From Cyanophora paradoxa CCMP329 (taxonomy: Eukaryota > Plantae > Glaucophyta), in the NCBI GenBank assembly GCA_004431415.1, contig QPMI01000084.1, positions 62,001 to 126,000 of the forward strand: 64,000 nt of DNA. The letters run 5' to 3'. Under the pieces are notes generated by a model. It saw only the letters and a program-made list of their open reading frames with translations, was not told where the DNA came from and ran no database searches. The translations under genes and the position numbers were made by a program. Each line of letters opens with the position of its first letter. The first letter of the stretch is position 1. This document shows, one piece after another, positions 38,601-52,536 of this stretch.

Positions 38601-41600
38601 TCCCGAAACTTTGCATTCAATTGGCAGGCTCGTTGTCCAGACAGAGGGTAAAACGTGTCCTTTGCGCCGTCTTTAGGAGGGGCACCGAATGCCAGCAGAG
38701 AGGAGACAGTGCTACCTCCAATGTTGAACGACGCAACGCCAGTCCAAGACATGAGTAGCACCCCACCATTGCCGCATGGTTGCTGCATGTTGGCGTGATC
38801 TCGACTCCACTGTAGCATGTATTTAACAATAGTCTTGATAAGGAACGATTTGCCAGTACCGCCTGGTCCAACACATGCTACATGCACTGGAAGCTTTGGA
38901 GAAACTTCAGGGAGACGCACTTGCCGACACGCTGGCATCCCAGAATTCGCAGCAACCGTGGCATCGTACCTATACAATTGATATTAATTCTAATCACTCA
39001 GATGCGGGAAAGTTATCGTACAAAGAATAGCACACTTCGATTGCGTTGCATAATGAGATTCAAGACGGCCGGTCATTTGACGAACTGCAACCATAAGCTC
39101 ACGTTGTCTGGGTTTCAGCTTATCCTCCATGTCGGGCAGGCTCATCAAATCGAGATCATGCAAGTCCACTCCGGTGCTCGATGCCGCAGGAGGCGAAATT
39201 GAACTAGGGTGGTCATGGTTGACTTCCCCTAGGCCTGAATCTGAGCTTGAAGCAGGTGCAGTTGCAACACGCTCATTAGCCCCAATGTTGACTCGGGTAG
39301 TAGAGCTAGATGCAGCATCCGGTGTTTCCACTTCTGCATCAACACCTGCGCATCCTTCCGGTGCACGAGGCCGCAGGTTGGATGTAGATGACGCCGTTCC
39401 AGTAGTTGAACGATTATCAGGGTGCAAATTCCTCCCAGCCGCCAACCGTGCATCTATGTCGAATTTCAAAAGTGCTCGTTCGATTCGTGCTGCCATATGA
39501 CAGTGCGTAAATTGAATGTTGTACTCAATAGTAGCACGGTGTCGGATTACGGCAGCAGAAATAACCTCCGGAGTAACATCATCCTCGGCCTCGACGCCGA
39601 GTAAGTCACGCAGCTCGTTTCGGAAGGGAACGTGCATAAACAGGAGACTGTACAAGCTCTCCGGATCGCTGTCCTTTGGAACTCGGACTCTGATTGTTCG
39701 TGGTCGGCGCCGCTGCTGTAAAACGTGCCGTTGAAAGGGTTTACACAAAGAAGTGCGTGGGCACACTCTGCGCAGGGAAGCATCGTTTACCGCAAAATGA
39801 TGATTAGAATGATGGCAATATCATACCCAGAGCCCGCAGTTTTTGGCCGCAGGGGCGCGGTCCCCTGTGGATGCTGTTTCCGGATCGCCTCATTTGACCA
39901 AGCAGGGTTGGGTTCCCAGTCATCCAACTCCGTTCCATCTTCGACACCCTCGCAATCCACACTCTCAGATGTGAGATCTGCATCGGGGCCGGCACCCTTG
40001 GGTGCATCCCCAAGGAAATGAAGGTTGAACCAGTTCATGTATTGCATGAACGTTAATGATTCGAAGATGGTCGCCGCTCCTATGGGAATGATTAAGAAGA
40101 ATGTATGCACATGCGTGGAATAAAATATAAATGCCGAACCGGCAGGGTCCTTGGTCCGGGCCATATAATAATCGACCTGGTCGTCAGCCCATGCATCTTG
40201 ATCATTTGGATCTCGCTGCATGCGGAACTCAAGGTCACGTTTTTGACGAAGGCGTTTCATGCGTTTCGACGGAAGATATGCTCCCACGGAACAAGATGTC
40301 CGCGATGAATAAAATAACGGGAGACCTGCCCGAAAACGTAATCAGCAAAAAATGAATGCATGGATCAGCTGCATGCAGGAAAAAGAATACACACCAAGAC
40401 AATATAATCCAGCTTCCTGTTTTGACATTGTGCGACACCCCAACATAGCATTCCGCATCTGCGATGAATTGACACCGATCAACGTGAAGCATCAGACGTA
40501 CTCAGATGGGAGAACGCACTTTGAGAAGAATTTGATTTGTTGATGCCTCCTCTGGCAAATCGTTCAGTACGTTCTCCACAGCCTTCATTTCCTCCGTCTC
40601 ATCTTTTGTCATGTATCCAAGAATATACGCAGCTATCTTATACGGATTGGTCACCACTTGAATGTCCATATTAGCTTGCCAAAGTTGGATAATGATATCG
40701 TGAAAATTATTCGTGTACCGATCATCCTGAGTGCTGCGTCTGAAAATAACCTCCTTGTCGCCGCGACACATGAAACGCTCTTCATGGGAGCTCCGAAGAT
40801 GTGTTTTAGATGCAAAGACCTGTGGAAATCCGAATCGGCATTTACACCTCTCCTTGTACTCGGCCATGAATTTGGCGATCCGTGCTGAACGGGCAACGTG
40901 CTCTGCGGGAGCGGCTTTCTCCATAGCAGATAATTGGTCCTCCAGGACAGCGTTACGGGCTGACTCTGGTAGGGGGTCTTGAAGCTCAGCATTTTCATCC
41001 ACCGTAGCAGATTTTCGATGACGCCGATATTTAAAGGAAGCGGATGGATCGATTCTACACGTGTGAGAGTGCTTGTGACGATTGAACCGTGCAACATAGT
41101 TCTGCAGGCGGGCAGTCGCCCACGGCTGAGCAAAAGGGCCTTCCGTCCGCGGTTGCTGTAAGGAAAATCAGGACAAAAGGTAGTCGATATACTGACGAAA
41201 TTAGGGAAATTACTCACTTCCGTCTTCACGACTGTATCTAACCATGCACATACTTGTTCGGCATTGAATGCAGGATCCGCGGGATCTAGGTTGGGCGGTG
41301 GGGTTGTAACTCCATCGCGTGTGCGTTCACCCAGCCAGATTACCAAATGCGCGTGAAGCGACCCACGACTCTGAACTTCATACCTTTAATTTATGCATGA
41401 ATTAGCCGCCGAGCAGCAAGCAGTACTAGTAAAGAAAATACACGCTTACCGGACAAAGAAATCAACGACCGGCCAACCAAATAACACCTCCCCTGCATCT
41501 GATTGAAAGAGCTCAAGCATCGCTCGAACGCGTTCATCAAAATGCTCCGCCACAATTCCAGGGTTATCGTTCAGCAATTTCACCACATTGTCGCGATTCG

Positions 41601-44463
41601 CAGTAAATTCAGTGACGTCCGCACTTGACTGAAATTTAATTGGATCAATGGCTCGAAGTAGGTCGGGCCAATGCAGATCGTCACTTGAAAGCGTCATGTA
41701 GATGTGAGGAAATCCAATGGTTGTGAACATACTGTGCAATTTATTCCTCGCATTTGTCCAATACGCAGCTGTACCTCGCACCTAAACAAATGCAACTGAA
41801 GTCAGTTTTTCTACGTGAGCATGGATTTTATCGAATGCGCATGCGGATGCACGTTACGTGTCATTGTGCGATAGCACCGTGTGCGAATTGTCAAAGCATC
41901 AAGCGAATGATCCTCGACAGTACTGTTGATTAAATTTAATGCATCGGCCACCGTCAAATTGGCATTAATATTTGCGGCAACATCATGGGTTTCCCGATTT
42001 TCACTCGAAGTAGCATTGATAATGTGATCCCTTACGAAGTTAAAACCACGCCATGCATCATCATCCAATATAATAGAAATCGAATTAAGAAGAGCAGCTG
42101 GGTCACGCTGGAAGGGCGCTGATGAAGCGGCGAGGCATCTGTGCGAAAAGAATTCACGAGCAGATAACTGGATCGGCCTCGCCGGATCATGTAAACCATG
42201 AGTGCCTGCTCCAGACCAATCACCCCCAAACATATACATGAATGTGTGCACGTCGCACCAGTAGGATAAACAGACAGGAAGGAGCACACATCGGTTTCGG
42301 GTGAATGTGCCCGCAGTATGCGGCCATTGTTGACAGGCAAAGTACTGAGCGAAGTTCCTTTCAAATTGATTGCGACAGAAGGGCAGATGGGCCGGTTTAT
42401 GGGAGCCGAAGATGACCCATCGGACTCTGATTCATCACTCTCGGAGTCATCCACGTCACGTGGGTTGATGACATTGTCGGTAGTTCCAGCATTCCATTTA
42501 TCGATTTCTGCCAGCAGTTCAGGGTCGTTGGGATCCCGCAGTTGTATGTTCTGATAATATAGGTGCTTTGTTGTATTACGGAGACACTCGAGCACGTCGA
42601 AGCACCTATCCAGTCTGACCCGATTGTACCAAGTTTCGCCGCCTTTCGGCTTCCGTTGATTGACCAGACAGACTTTCCCCCTTGGCGGGAGTGGAAAAAT
42701 GGATTTAATGTTGTTGATTGGGTCGCACGGTACAAAAATAACACGGCCCTGAGAACCGAGTTGCCCTCCACCAATCCTCCTACCATTTTGCCCTTTAGGT
42801 CCACGTACATGAATCAACTGGGATCACCCAAGTATATAAGTTGCAGCAAGTAAGTCTAATTAAGGTCTTGCGAAAGGACGCCACCTGATAGTTGTTTACA
42901 CGTTGACACATTAACATCTCCGGGTATGTTAAATCAGATAAGAGATTCCGCGTATGCTCATCAACTTCCACGCAGTGTAGTCGGTTCTAATGAAAATGCA
43001 TGATCAACTGGAATTATATTAAACATGTTCTGTGCATATGGATACGCACCAGACGCGAGAAAGGGCAGAAAGGTCGATCTTGCGTACATTTGAAAGAGTT
43101 GCATCGGGTGCAAAATTCGACGCTTGCTTGCTCGTTGGGTATGCCGTGAATACGCATGACTGAACATGAATGGCAGCACACGTCTGTGTTGACACAGGAA
43201 CAGTCTGATTGATGTTTATTGGATGGTGCGCCTGCGGCAGCCGAAATACACTTGCACTGCAAAGTATGCAGTTTATCTGCCCGCCTTGATTCCGTGCAAC
43301 AAGAGCACAGAAGACGAATGCAGTACAGCTTGAGGAAGTACACCTTGGCGGCATCCTTTAGCAGCTGATTCGAAATCTCATTCCAAAATTGAACTGGCTC
43401 GTAACTGAAATGAAAGTAAGCATGCAATGGGTCGCAAGCCTAGGGGGCAAGAGAGAAACACTTTGCTAAGATGGTTGCGAAATTCGTGTGACGTTCCAGT
43501 AAACGCGTACGTTGGGTTTGATAGCTACGCCTCTTACACTTGGCATGCTCCGCATTCCAGGTGGGATCAGCGGCATGGCGAGCTGTAGAAGCATTAAGCT
43601 ACAGCACAGCTCATTAAGCTAGATTAATATGCAAGACATACCCACATCGTAGTCCCGCACTGTCTGCCTTTCAGGTTCTGATAATCTGCTCCGACGAAGT
43701 GCAAAATAATTCCGCCCTACTTTTCACACAATATTAATAAACCTTTAAGACTAGAATGAAAATGCAGCAAATCATACAATTACCTGTCGCTCGACGTGCA
43801 GTTCCAGTGCGGTGTACTGATCTACGATGTTCCTCCCAGCTGTGTCTGTCGAGAAGCACAGCTCCGCAATACCCACACGGGAAAATGTTGTCAGGCGTAG
43901 TATCGTGGGCACCAGCCATATGATATCGCCAGTCATGCTCAGTTCGGAAAGCAGCGGGGCAAGAAGGAGCTGCAGTACACCGGAAAGTGCACTGCGCCTA
44001 AATCGCGATCGGATCCGGAACGCATAAGAGTACGAAAAGTGACCACGGAAATACTGGTAATACTATGATATTTAATTTACCTCTGCGGTCGCTGCGGTCG
44101 CAGTGAAACCACCACCAAGTAGATGATGCGATGGGGTCAAATTGGGCGGCTGCTGCATATTGAATGGGACGGGGGCATTCCAAGTATAAGGTGGCAACTA
44201 CTCGCGATCGCACGTAAGTCTTGCAGTTGACTGATTCTGTTATCACAAATTAAACTAAACGAATACGTACAACTTGGGGCGAACTTGAAGCCGCAAATCG
44301 AGCTTGAAGCGCCGGCTGACATGTTTGCGGGCTATAAAAAAAACGTAGAATCGGTGAAGGAGTAGCAGCCATTTGTTTGAGAATATGCTGGTACGGACAA
44401 GTTATACGTTGCCTCAGTATAAAGCAACTTGACAACCAACATCGCATATGAATTCGAAGACAT
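35671..44463 (-). CDS. Spliced RepHel protein: C2H2 finger, HUH Rep (Y2), PIF1 helicase, OTU cysteine protease
   Basis: C2H2: CGYC...HRRSVH (~43880). Rep motifs: YMTLSSDDLHW, YEVQSRGSLHAHLVIW (~41335-41383), YILGYMTK. PIF1 motifs: GPGGTGKS, IIIDEISF, FGDFFQLPPV, QFPFRLAWAVTVHKCQGLT, AYVACSRV. OTU: GAGRCMFLSI...EHYSALVP. Start codon uncertain. Confidence 0.9.
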
Positions 44464-46366
44464 ACCTCTTTCAATACAAACGGCAGGCGGCGTCAGCACG
44501 CGAATCAATTCGCAGCAATCGCGATCAACCTGTAAATGTGACAGGATACGATGAGAACTGAGCCGAACCACGAGCAGCATGCGCAGGCGCAGACCTTTCA
44601 AACCGCGGGCACTGTGGCAGAGTGCAGCGGCGAGACGGGGCGTTGACGGCGGCGTCGGCAGGAAAGGGGGTCGAGTTCGGGCTGCAAGAGTCTTAGCTTA
44701 CAGATGAGAGAGCTCGTAGCCACATACCTCTTCCAGTACAAACGGCAGGCGGCGTCAGCACTGCGCGGCACGCGAATCAATTCGCAGCAATCGCGATCAA
44801 CCTGTAAATGTGACAGGATATGATGAGAACTGAGCCGAACCACGAGCAGCATGCGCAGGCGCAGACCCTTCAAACCGCGGGCACTGTGGCAGTGTGCAGC
44901 GGCGAGACGGGGCGTTGGCGGCGGCGTCGGCAGGAAAGGGGCCGGGGTCGAGCTCGGGCTGCAAGAGTCTTAGCTTACAGATGAGAGAGCTCGTAGCCAC
45001 ATACCTCTTCCAGTACAAACGGCAGGCGGCGTCAGCACGCGAATCAATTCGCAGCAATCGCGATCAACCTGTAAATGTGACAGGATACGATGAGAACTGA
45101 GCCGAACCACGAGCAGCATGCGCAGGCGCATGCGCAGACCTTTCAAACCGCGGGCACTGTACATGTGGCAGAGTGCAGCAGCGAGACGGGGCGTTGGCGG
45201 CGGCGTCGGCAGGAAAGGGGGTCGAGCTCGGGCTGCAAGAGTCTTAGCTTACAGATGAGAGAGCTCGTAGCCACATACCTCTTCCAGTACAAACGGCAGG
45301 CGGCGTCAGCACGCGAATCAATTCGCAGCAATCGCGATCGATATCAACCTGTAAATGTGACAGTATACGATGAGAACTGAGCCGAACCACGAGCAGCATG
45401 CGGATGCGCAGACCCTTCAAACCGCGGGCACTGTGGCAGAGTGCAGCTGCTGAGCGGCGAGACGGGGCGTTGGCGGCGGCGTCGGCAGGAAAGGGGGTCG
45501 AGCTCGGGCTGCAAGAGTCTTAGCTCACTGAGTCACAGATGAGAGAGCTCGTAGCCACATACCTCTTCCAGTACAAACGGCAGGTGGCGTCAGCACGCGA
45601 ATCAATTCGCAGCAATCGCGATCAACCTGTAAATGTGACAGGATACGATGAGAACTGAGCCGAACCACGAGCAGCATGCGCAAGCGCAGACCCTTCAAAC
45701 CGCGGGCACTGTGGCAGAGTGCAGCAGCGAGACGGGGCGTTGGCGGCGGCGTCGGCAGGAAAGGGGGTCGAGCTCGGGCTGCAAGAGTCTTAGCTCACTG
45801 AGTCACAGATGAGAGAGCTCGTAGCCACATACCTCTTCCAGTACAAACGGCAGGCGGCGTCAGCACGCGAATCAATTCGCAGCAATCGCGATCAACCTGT
45901 AAATGTGACAGGATACGATGAGAACTGAGCCGAACCACGAGCGGCATGCGCAGGCGCAGACCTTTCAAACCGCGGGCACTGTGGCAGAGTGCAGCGGCGA
46001 GACGGGGCGTTGGCGGCGGCGTCGGCAGGAAAGGGGCCGGGGTCGAGCTCGGGCTGCAAGAGTCTTAGCTTACAGATGAGAGAGCTCGTAGCCACATACC
46101 TCTTCCAGTACTAGTACAAACGGCAGGCGGCGTCAGCACGCGAATCAATTCGCAGCAATCGCGATCGATATCAACCTGTAAATGTGACAGGATACGATGA
46201 GAACTGAGCCGAACCACGAGCAGCATGCGCAGGCGCAGACCCTTCAAACCGCGGGCACTGTGGCAGAGTGCAGCGGCGAGACGGGGCGTTGGCGGCGGCG
46301 TCGGCAGGAAAGGGGGTCGAGCTCGGGCTGCAAGAGTCTTAGCTCATGATCACAGATGAGAGAGCT
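44461..46366. repeat. Tandem array A: 7 x ~262-284 bp
   Basis: Units start with CATACCTCTT at 44461, 44723, 45000, 45274, 45558, 45828 and 46095. Confidence 0.95.
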
Positions 46367-47139
46367 CTCGGGCGGTCGGGCCGACCTCACAGGTGGACAC
46401 GTTGGAGACGAAGTGCAGGGGCACACGCTGTGATCATCACACGATCATTTGAAGGCAGATATGACACGAGGAACGCCAGTGGTGCGTTCTGGCGAGCCCT
46501 ATTCGCCAAGCTCTCAAGTCGTCTGGCAGCTTCGAATTCTAGGTCCATTCGACATCGCGATCTAAGATCGATGCGCCACTCAGCGACTGGCTACAGCTGA
46601 GCTTACGGATGTCGAGCAGCGTAGGGGGCAGTACTAGTGTTTGCACTGCAACGTACCTGCAAGGGGGTACAGCGCGACAAGCGCATATAGAATTAAGGCT
46701 GGGTGCAACGGTCCCAAATCGCAGCGTTTTCATGGCCCCGGGCGACAGTAAGATTAAGGCTGCATGCGGACGCGGCCCCGCGAGCGCAACGTCCAGGATC
46801 CGCGCCCCCGCGGTCGCGCGCGCCGCCGGTGGCCCGCCCGGGCCGGCCCGCTAGCTAACGGTCACAGAAAGCTGACAGAAAGCTATATAGGCGATCACAT
46901 GTACATGATGCAGGGATGGGCAGCTGCAGGCCGGAACGACCTATCCCTGAGATGGATGGGGTGTCGACATCGATATCGGGATGACATTGGGATGAGCTCG
47001 ATCGACATCGGGATGAGCTCGATCCTCGATCGCGAGCTCGGAGATCTATAGATACCGGTAGCTATAGAAGGGATTCCGGATATCGATGAGGCGGGGCGGG
47101 ATAATGAGGCCTATCTATATATAGGGATCCTAGAATTGT

Positions 47140-47365
47140 GTGTTTATGAAAATCGTATGTACCTATAGGGCCGCCGCTGCATTATATATACGTATACGTA
47201 TAAAGCGGATCCCGGAGGGCGGGCTGCCGGCCTTATATAATTACATCGATCCTAGCTATAGTGCTTGTTGTTGTGTGCTAATGAAAATTGTATGTACTTA
47301 TATATATAGGGCCGCCGCTGCATTATACGTAAATTAAAGCGAAGGGCGGGCTGCCGGCCTTACAT
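47140..47365. repeat. Degenerate ~135-bp duplication
   Basis: ATGAAAATYGTATGTAC...TAGGGCCGCCGCTGCATTATA...GGGCGGGCTGCCGGCCTTA occurs twice. Confidence 0.75.
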
Positions 47366-47759
47366 GTACGTATATACATAGCTATTGCATATGGCACCAT
47401 GCATATATATGCACTTGCAGCTGCAGGTATAAATGCATATATACATATATATTCCTACCGCTATATAGCTATCTATACATTTAGCTAGATCTATCTATAG
47501 CAACTATATATATTTTATATACAGGGCGCTATAGCTAGCTAACACTATCAGGGGGGGGGGGGGGGGGGACGGACCAGGCGCGGGGCGGAACGGATCCGGA
47601 GGCCGCCGCGCGCTGCTTCCAATCCGCATCCACCACGAAAGCGCCGCGATTCGAACCGCATGCGCTCGCCGCTCAGCGGAGGACGGGGAGGCGCCCACCA
47701 AGCGCGAGGGACGGTCGCCACTGCTTCCCGGCTGCCTCCACCGCGAAGCCGCAAGGGGG

Positions 47760-50110
47760 GGGGGAGAAGAGGGGGGGGGAGGGGAGGGAGAGGGGGCGGG
47801 GCGCACGGGCTGGAGAGGCGGAGGGCACGAAGGGACGAGGTCGCGGGCCTGGGCCTGGAGGCGGGGGCGTCAGGGCGGGCCCAGCGTCGTCCCCCAGGGA
47901 GGAATCAAGCTGCGGCGAGAGCGTCGGCGAGTACCCCCGCGGCGCTCCCCCCCCCTCGGCCCGCACCTCCTCGAGGCCCGAGAGACGTCCGGCCCGAGAG
48001 GCCCGCGGCGGCCGCTTTCATGAAACCAAGCAACGCGCGTCGCAGCCTGCGCAGGGCGTCAGCGGGCTGCGGGCAGCGGGGGTACAGGCGCACGGACCAG
48101 AGGCCGGAAAACTCGAGAATCTCAAAGGCCGAGAGGTGCTCGATTGCCTACGCCTGCAGGCCTCTCCCGTCCAGGGCCTGCAGCCCCTCCGGCCTGCCAC
48201 GCGTACGGGAACCCGGGTGCCCAGCGTCGGTCCAGGGGCACAGGGGTACGAAGTTGTAAAAGGTGGGAAGGGGGGGGAGAGGGGGGGCGGGGCGCACGGG
48301 CTGGAGAGGCGGAGGGCACGAAGGGGCGAGGTCGCGGGCCTGGGCCTGGAGGCGGGGGCGTCAGGGCGGGCCCAGCGTCGTCCCCCAGGGAGGAATCAAG
48401 CTGCGGCGAGAGCGTCGGCGAGTACCCCCGCGGCGCTCCCCCCCCCCCTCGGCCCGCACCTCCTCGAGGCCCGAGAGACGTCCGGCCCGAGAGGCCCGCG
48501 GCGGCCGCTTTCATGAAACCAAGCAACGCGCGTCGCAGCCTGCGCAGGGCGTCAGCGGGCTGCGGGCAGCGGGGGGTACAGGCGCACGGACCAGAGGCCG
48601 GAAAACTCGAGAATCTCAAAGGCCGAGAGGTGCTCGATTGCCTACGCCTGCAGGCCTCTCCCGTCCAGGGCCTGCAGCCCCTCCGGCCTGCCACGCGTAC
48701 GGGAACCCGGGTGCCCAGCGTCGGTCCAGGGGCACAGGGGTACGAAGTTGTAAAAGGTGGGAAGGGGGGGGAGAGGGGGGCGGGGCGCACGGCTGGAGAG
48801 GCGGAGGGCACGAAGGGGCGAGGTCGCGGGCCTGGGCCTGGAGGCGGGGCGTCAGGGCGGGCCCAGCGTCGTCCCCAGGGAGGAATCAAGCTGCGGCGAG
48901 AGCGTCGGCGAGTACCCCGCGGCGCCCCCCCCCCCCCCCTCGGCTCGCACCTCCTCGAGGCCCGAGAGACGTCCGGCCCGAGAGGCCCGCGGCGGCCGCT
49001 TTCATGAAACCAAGCAACGCGCGTCGCAGCCTGCGCAGGGCGTCAGCGGGCTGCGGGCAGCGGGGGGTACAGGCGCACGGACCAGAGGCCGGAAAACTCG
49101 AGAATCTCAAAGGCCGAGAGGTGCTCGATTGCCTACGCCTGCAGGCCTCTCCCGTCCAGGGCCTGCAGCCCCTCCGGCCTGCCACGCGTACGGGAACCCG
49201 GGTGCCCAGCGTCGGTCCAGGGGCACAGGGGTACGAAGTTGTAAAAGGTGGGAAGGGGGGGGAGAGGGGGGGCGGGGCGCACGGGCTGGAGAGGCGGAGG
49301 GCACGAAGGGGCGAGGTCGCGGGCCTGGGCCTGGAGGCGGGGGCGTCAGGGCGGGCCCAGCGTCGTCCCCCAGGGAGGAATCAAGCTGCGGCGAGAGCGT
49401 CGGCGAGTACCCCCGCGGCGCTCCCCCCGCCCCCCCCTCGGCCCGCACCTCCTCGAGGCCCGAGAGACGTCCGGCCCGAGAGGCCCGCGGCGGCCGCTTT
49501 CATGAAACCAAGCAACGCGCGTCGCAGCCTGCGCAGGGCGTCAGCGGGCTGCGGGCAGCGGGGGGTACAGGCGCACGGACCAGAGGCCGGAAAACTCGAG
49601 AATCTCAAAGGCCGAGAGGTGCTCGATTGCCTACGCCTGCAGGCCTCTCCCGTCCAGGGCCTGCAGCCCCTCCGGCCTGCCACGCGTACGGGAACCCGGG
49701 TGCCCAGCGTCGGTCCAGGGGCACAGGGGTACGAAGTTGTAAAAGGTGGGAAGGGGGGGGAGAGGGGGGGCGGGGCGCACGGGCTGGAGAGGCGGAGGGC
49801 ACGAAGGGGCGAGGTCGCGGGCCTGGGCCTGGAGGCGGGGGCGTCAGGGCGGGCCCAGCGTCGTCCCCCAGGGAGGAATCAAGCTGCGGCGAGAGCGTCG
49901 GCGAGTACCCCCGCGGCGCTCCCCCCCCCCCCTCGGCTCGCACCCCCTCGAGGCCCGAGAGACGTCCGGCCCGAGAGGCCCGCGGCGGCCGCTTTCATGA
50001 AACCAAGCAACGCGCGTCGCAGCCTGCGCAGGGCGTCAGCGGGCTGCGGGCAGCGGGGGGTAAAGGCGCACGGACCAGAGGCCGGAAAGCTCGAGAATCT
50101 CGAAGGCCGC
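47760..50110. repeat. Tandem array B: ~4.7 x ~490-498 bp, GC-rich
   Basis: GGGGCGCACGG(G)CTGGAGAGG recurs at ~47797, 48289, 48782, 49274 and 49772. Copies differ mainly in homopolymer length. Confidence 0.95.
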
Positions 50111-50198
50111 GGCGGCCGCTTTCACGAAAGTGAGCGACCCAACGGGTCTGGAGAGGGAGCGCCGCAGGGGGGGAAGGGCGGGCAGGCCTAGGCGGGCC

Positions 50199-51035
50199 TC
50201 ACACAAGCTGACCCGATGCGAGGAACGAGCGCGCGCACACCGCTGCGCAGGGCGGTCAGCGGGGCGTCGCTTAGAGCGGGAAGGGCGGGAAGGCGGGCAT
50301 CACACGAGCTGAGCTGATGCGACGAACGAGCACGCGCACACGGCTGCGCAGGGCGGTCAGCTCGGCGCCGCTTATAGCGGGAAGGGCGGGAAGGCGGTCC
50401 TCACAGGAGCTGAGCCGATGCGAGGAACGAGTGCGCGCACACTGCTGCGCAGGGCGGTCAGCGGGGCGTCGCTTAGAGCGGGAAGGGCGGGAAGGCGGTC
50501 CTCACACCAGCTGAGCCGATGCGAGGAACGAGTGCGCGCACACCGCTGCGCAGGGCGGTCAGCGGGGCGCCGCTTAGATCATATAGAGCGGGAAGGGCGG
50601 GAAGGCGGTCCTCACACCAGCTGACCCGATGCGAGGAACGAGCGCGCGCACACCGCTGCGCAGGGCGGTCAGCGGGGCGCCGCTTAGATCATATAGAGCG
50701 GGAAGGGCGGGAAGGCGGTCCTCACACCAGCTGAGCTGATGCGAGGAACGAGCACGCGCACACCGCTGCGCAGGGCGGTCAGCGGGGCGCCGCTTAGATC
50801 ATATAGAGCGGGAAGGGCGGGAAGGCGGTCCTCACACCAGCTGAGCCGATGCGAGGAACGAGCGCGCGCACACCGCTGCGCAGGGCGGTCAGCGGGGCGC
50901 AGCTTAGATCATATAGAGCGGGAAGGGCGGGAAGGCGGTCCTCACACCAGCTGAGCCGATGCGAGGAACGAGCGCGCGCACACCGCTGCGCAGGGCGGTC
51001 AGCGGGGCGCCGCTTAGAGGGGGAAGGGCGGGAAG
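50199..51035. repeat. Tandem array C: 8 x 101/110 bp
   Basis: Units start at 50199, 50300, 50401, 50502, 50612, 50722, 50832 and 50942. Four consecutive units carry a 9-bp insertion (TAG-ATCATATAG). Confidence 0.95.
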
Positions 51036-51182
51036 ACATGAAGCTCACCGTGCCACAATATTAATACAGCCGCATAAACGCGACTCTCTCCACGGCGACA
51101 ATGCGCAGCACTTCCTTCGATCGATCTGCGCCGTTCCGAATGATTCTACGAACAACAGTCCAAACCCACACTTGAGGCCGGG

Positions 51183-52536
51183 CAGGCCCGGCCTCAAGAG
51201 GAACTCAAGCACGCATGGCTCCGCCGAGTCCACGGATGCGGGTACACTGCCACAACGCTACGCCTGCGGCGAAATCGAACGACCGTGGCCCACAGTCGTT
51301 CGGCGAGGGGGGTACCATATATGTAGGCGTTCAGCGAGACTTGTCGCCGGGCCGCCACATGCATATGTGTACAGATCCTTCGTTCAATCTGCGCATGGTT
51401 GAACAACTTGTGACATAATAGCATCGATCCTCACTTGAGGACGAGCAGCCGCGCGACCTGACCCGATCGGGATCCCGGAGCTCGAGTGGGGACGACCTGA
51501 CCCCAGGCTCACCGGCCCGCGGCCGACCGGCCGACTAGTACTTGGTCGGCCGGTCGACGGGGGGGGTACGCAGAATGTGCGCCAGTCGGCCGTCGAGCAT
51601 GCTCGACTGGCACGGGGGAAGGAGATTGAAACAGGCCCGGCCTCAAGAGGAACTCAAGCACGCATGGCTCCGCCGAGTCCACGGATGCGGGTACACTGCC
51701 ACAACGCTACGTATACGCCTGCGGCGAAATCGAACGACCGTGGCCCACAGTCGTTCGGCGAGGGGGGTACCATATATGTAGGTGTTCAGCGAGACTTGTC
51801 GCCGGGCCGCCACATGCATATGTGTACAGATCCTTCGTTCAATCTGCGCATGCGCATGGTTGAACAACTTGTGACATATATAATAGCATCGATCCTCACT
51901 TGAGGACGAGCAGCCGCGCGACCTGACCCGATCGGGAGTCGGGACGACCTGACCCCAGGCTCACCGGCCCGCGGCCGACCGGCCGACTAGTACTTGGTCG
52001 GCCGGTCGACGGGGGGGGTACGCAGAATGTGCGCCAGTCGGCCGTCGAGCATGCTCGACTGGCACGGGGGAAGGAGATTGAAACAGGCCCGGCCTCAAGA
52101 GGAACTCAAGCACGCATGGCTCCGCCGAGTCCACGGATGCGGGTACACTGCCACAACGCTACGTATACGCCTGCGGCGAAATCGAACGACCGTGGCCCAC
52201 AGTCGTTCGGCGAGGGGGGTACCATATATGTAGGTGTTCAGCGAGACTTGTCGCCGGGCCGCCACATGCATATGTGTACAGATCCTTCGTTCAATCTGCG
52301 CATGCGCATGGTTGAACAACTTGTGACATATATAATAGCATCGATCCTCACTTGAGGACGAGCAGCCGCGCGACCTGACCCGATCGGGAGTCGGGACGAC
52401 CTGACCCCAGGCTCACCGGCCCGCGGCCGACCGGCCGACTAGTACTTGGTCGGCCGGTCGACGGGGGGGGTACGCAGAATGTGCGCCAGTCGGCCGTCGA
52501 GCATGCTCGACTGGCACGGGGGAAGGAGATTGAAAC
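51183..52536. repeat. Tandem array D: 3 x ~450 bp
   Basis: CAGGCCCGGCCTCAAGAGG at 51183, 51632 and 52084. Confidence 0.95.

Noticed and set aside
47660-50191. Long ORFs (642, 458 and 287 aa)
   Set aside because: Products of the GC-rich ~495-bp array. Frames shift at homopolymers and no domain is recognisable.
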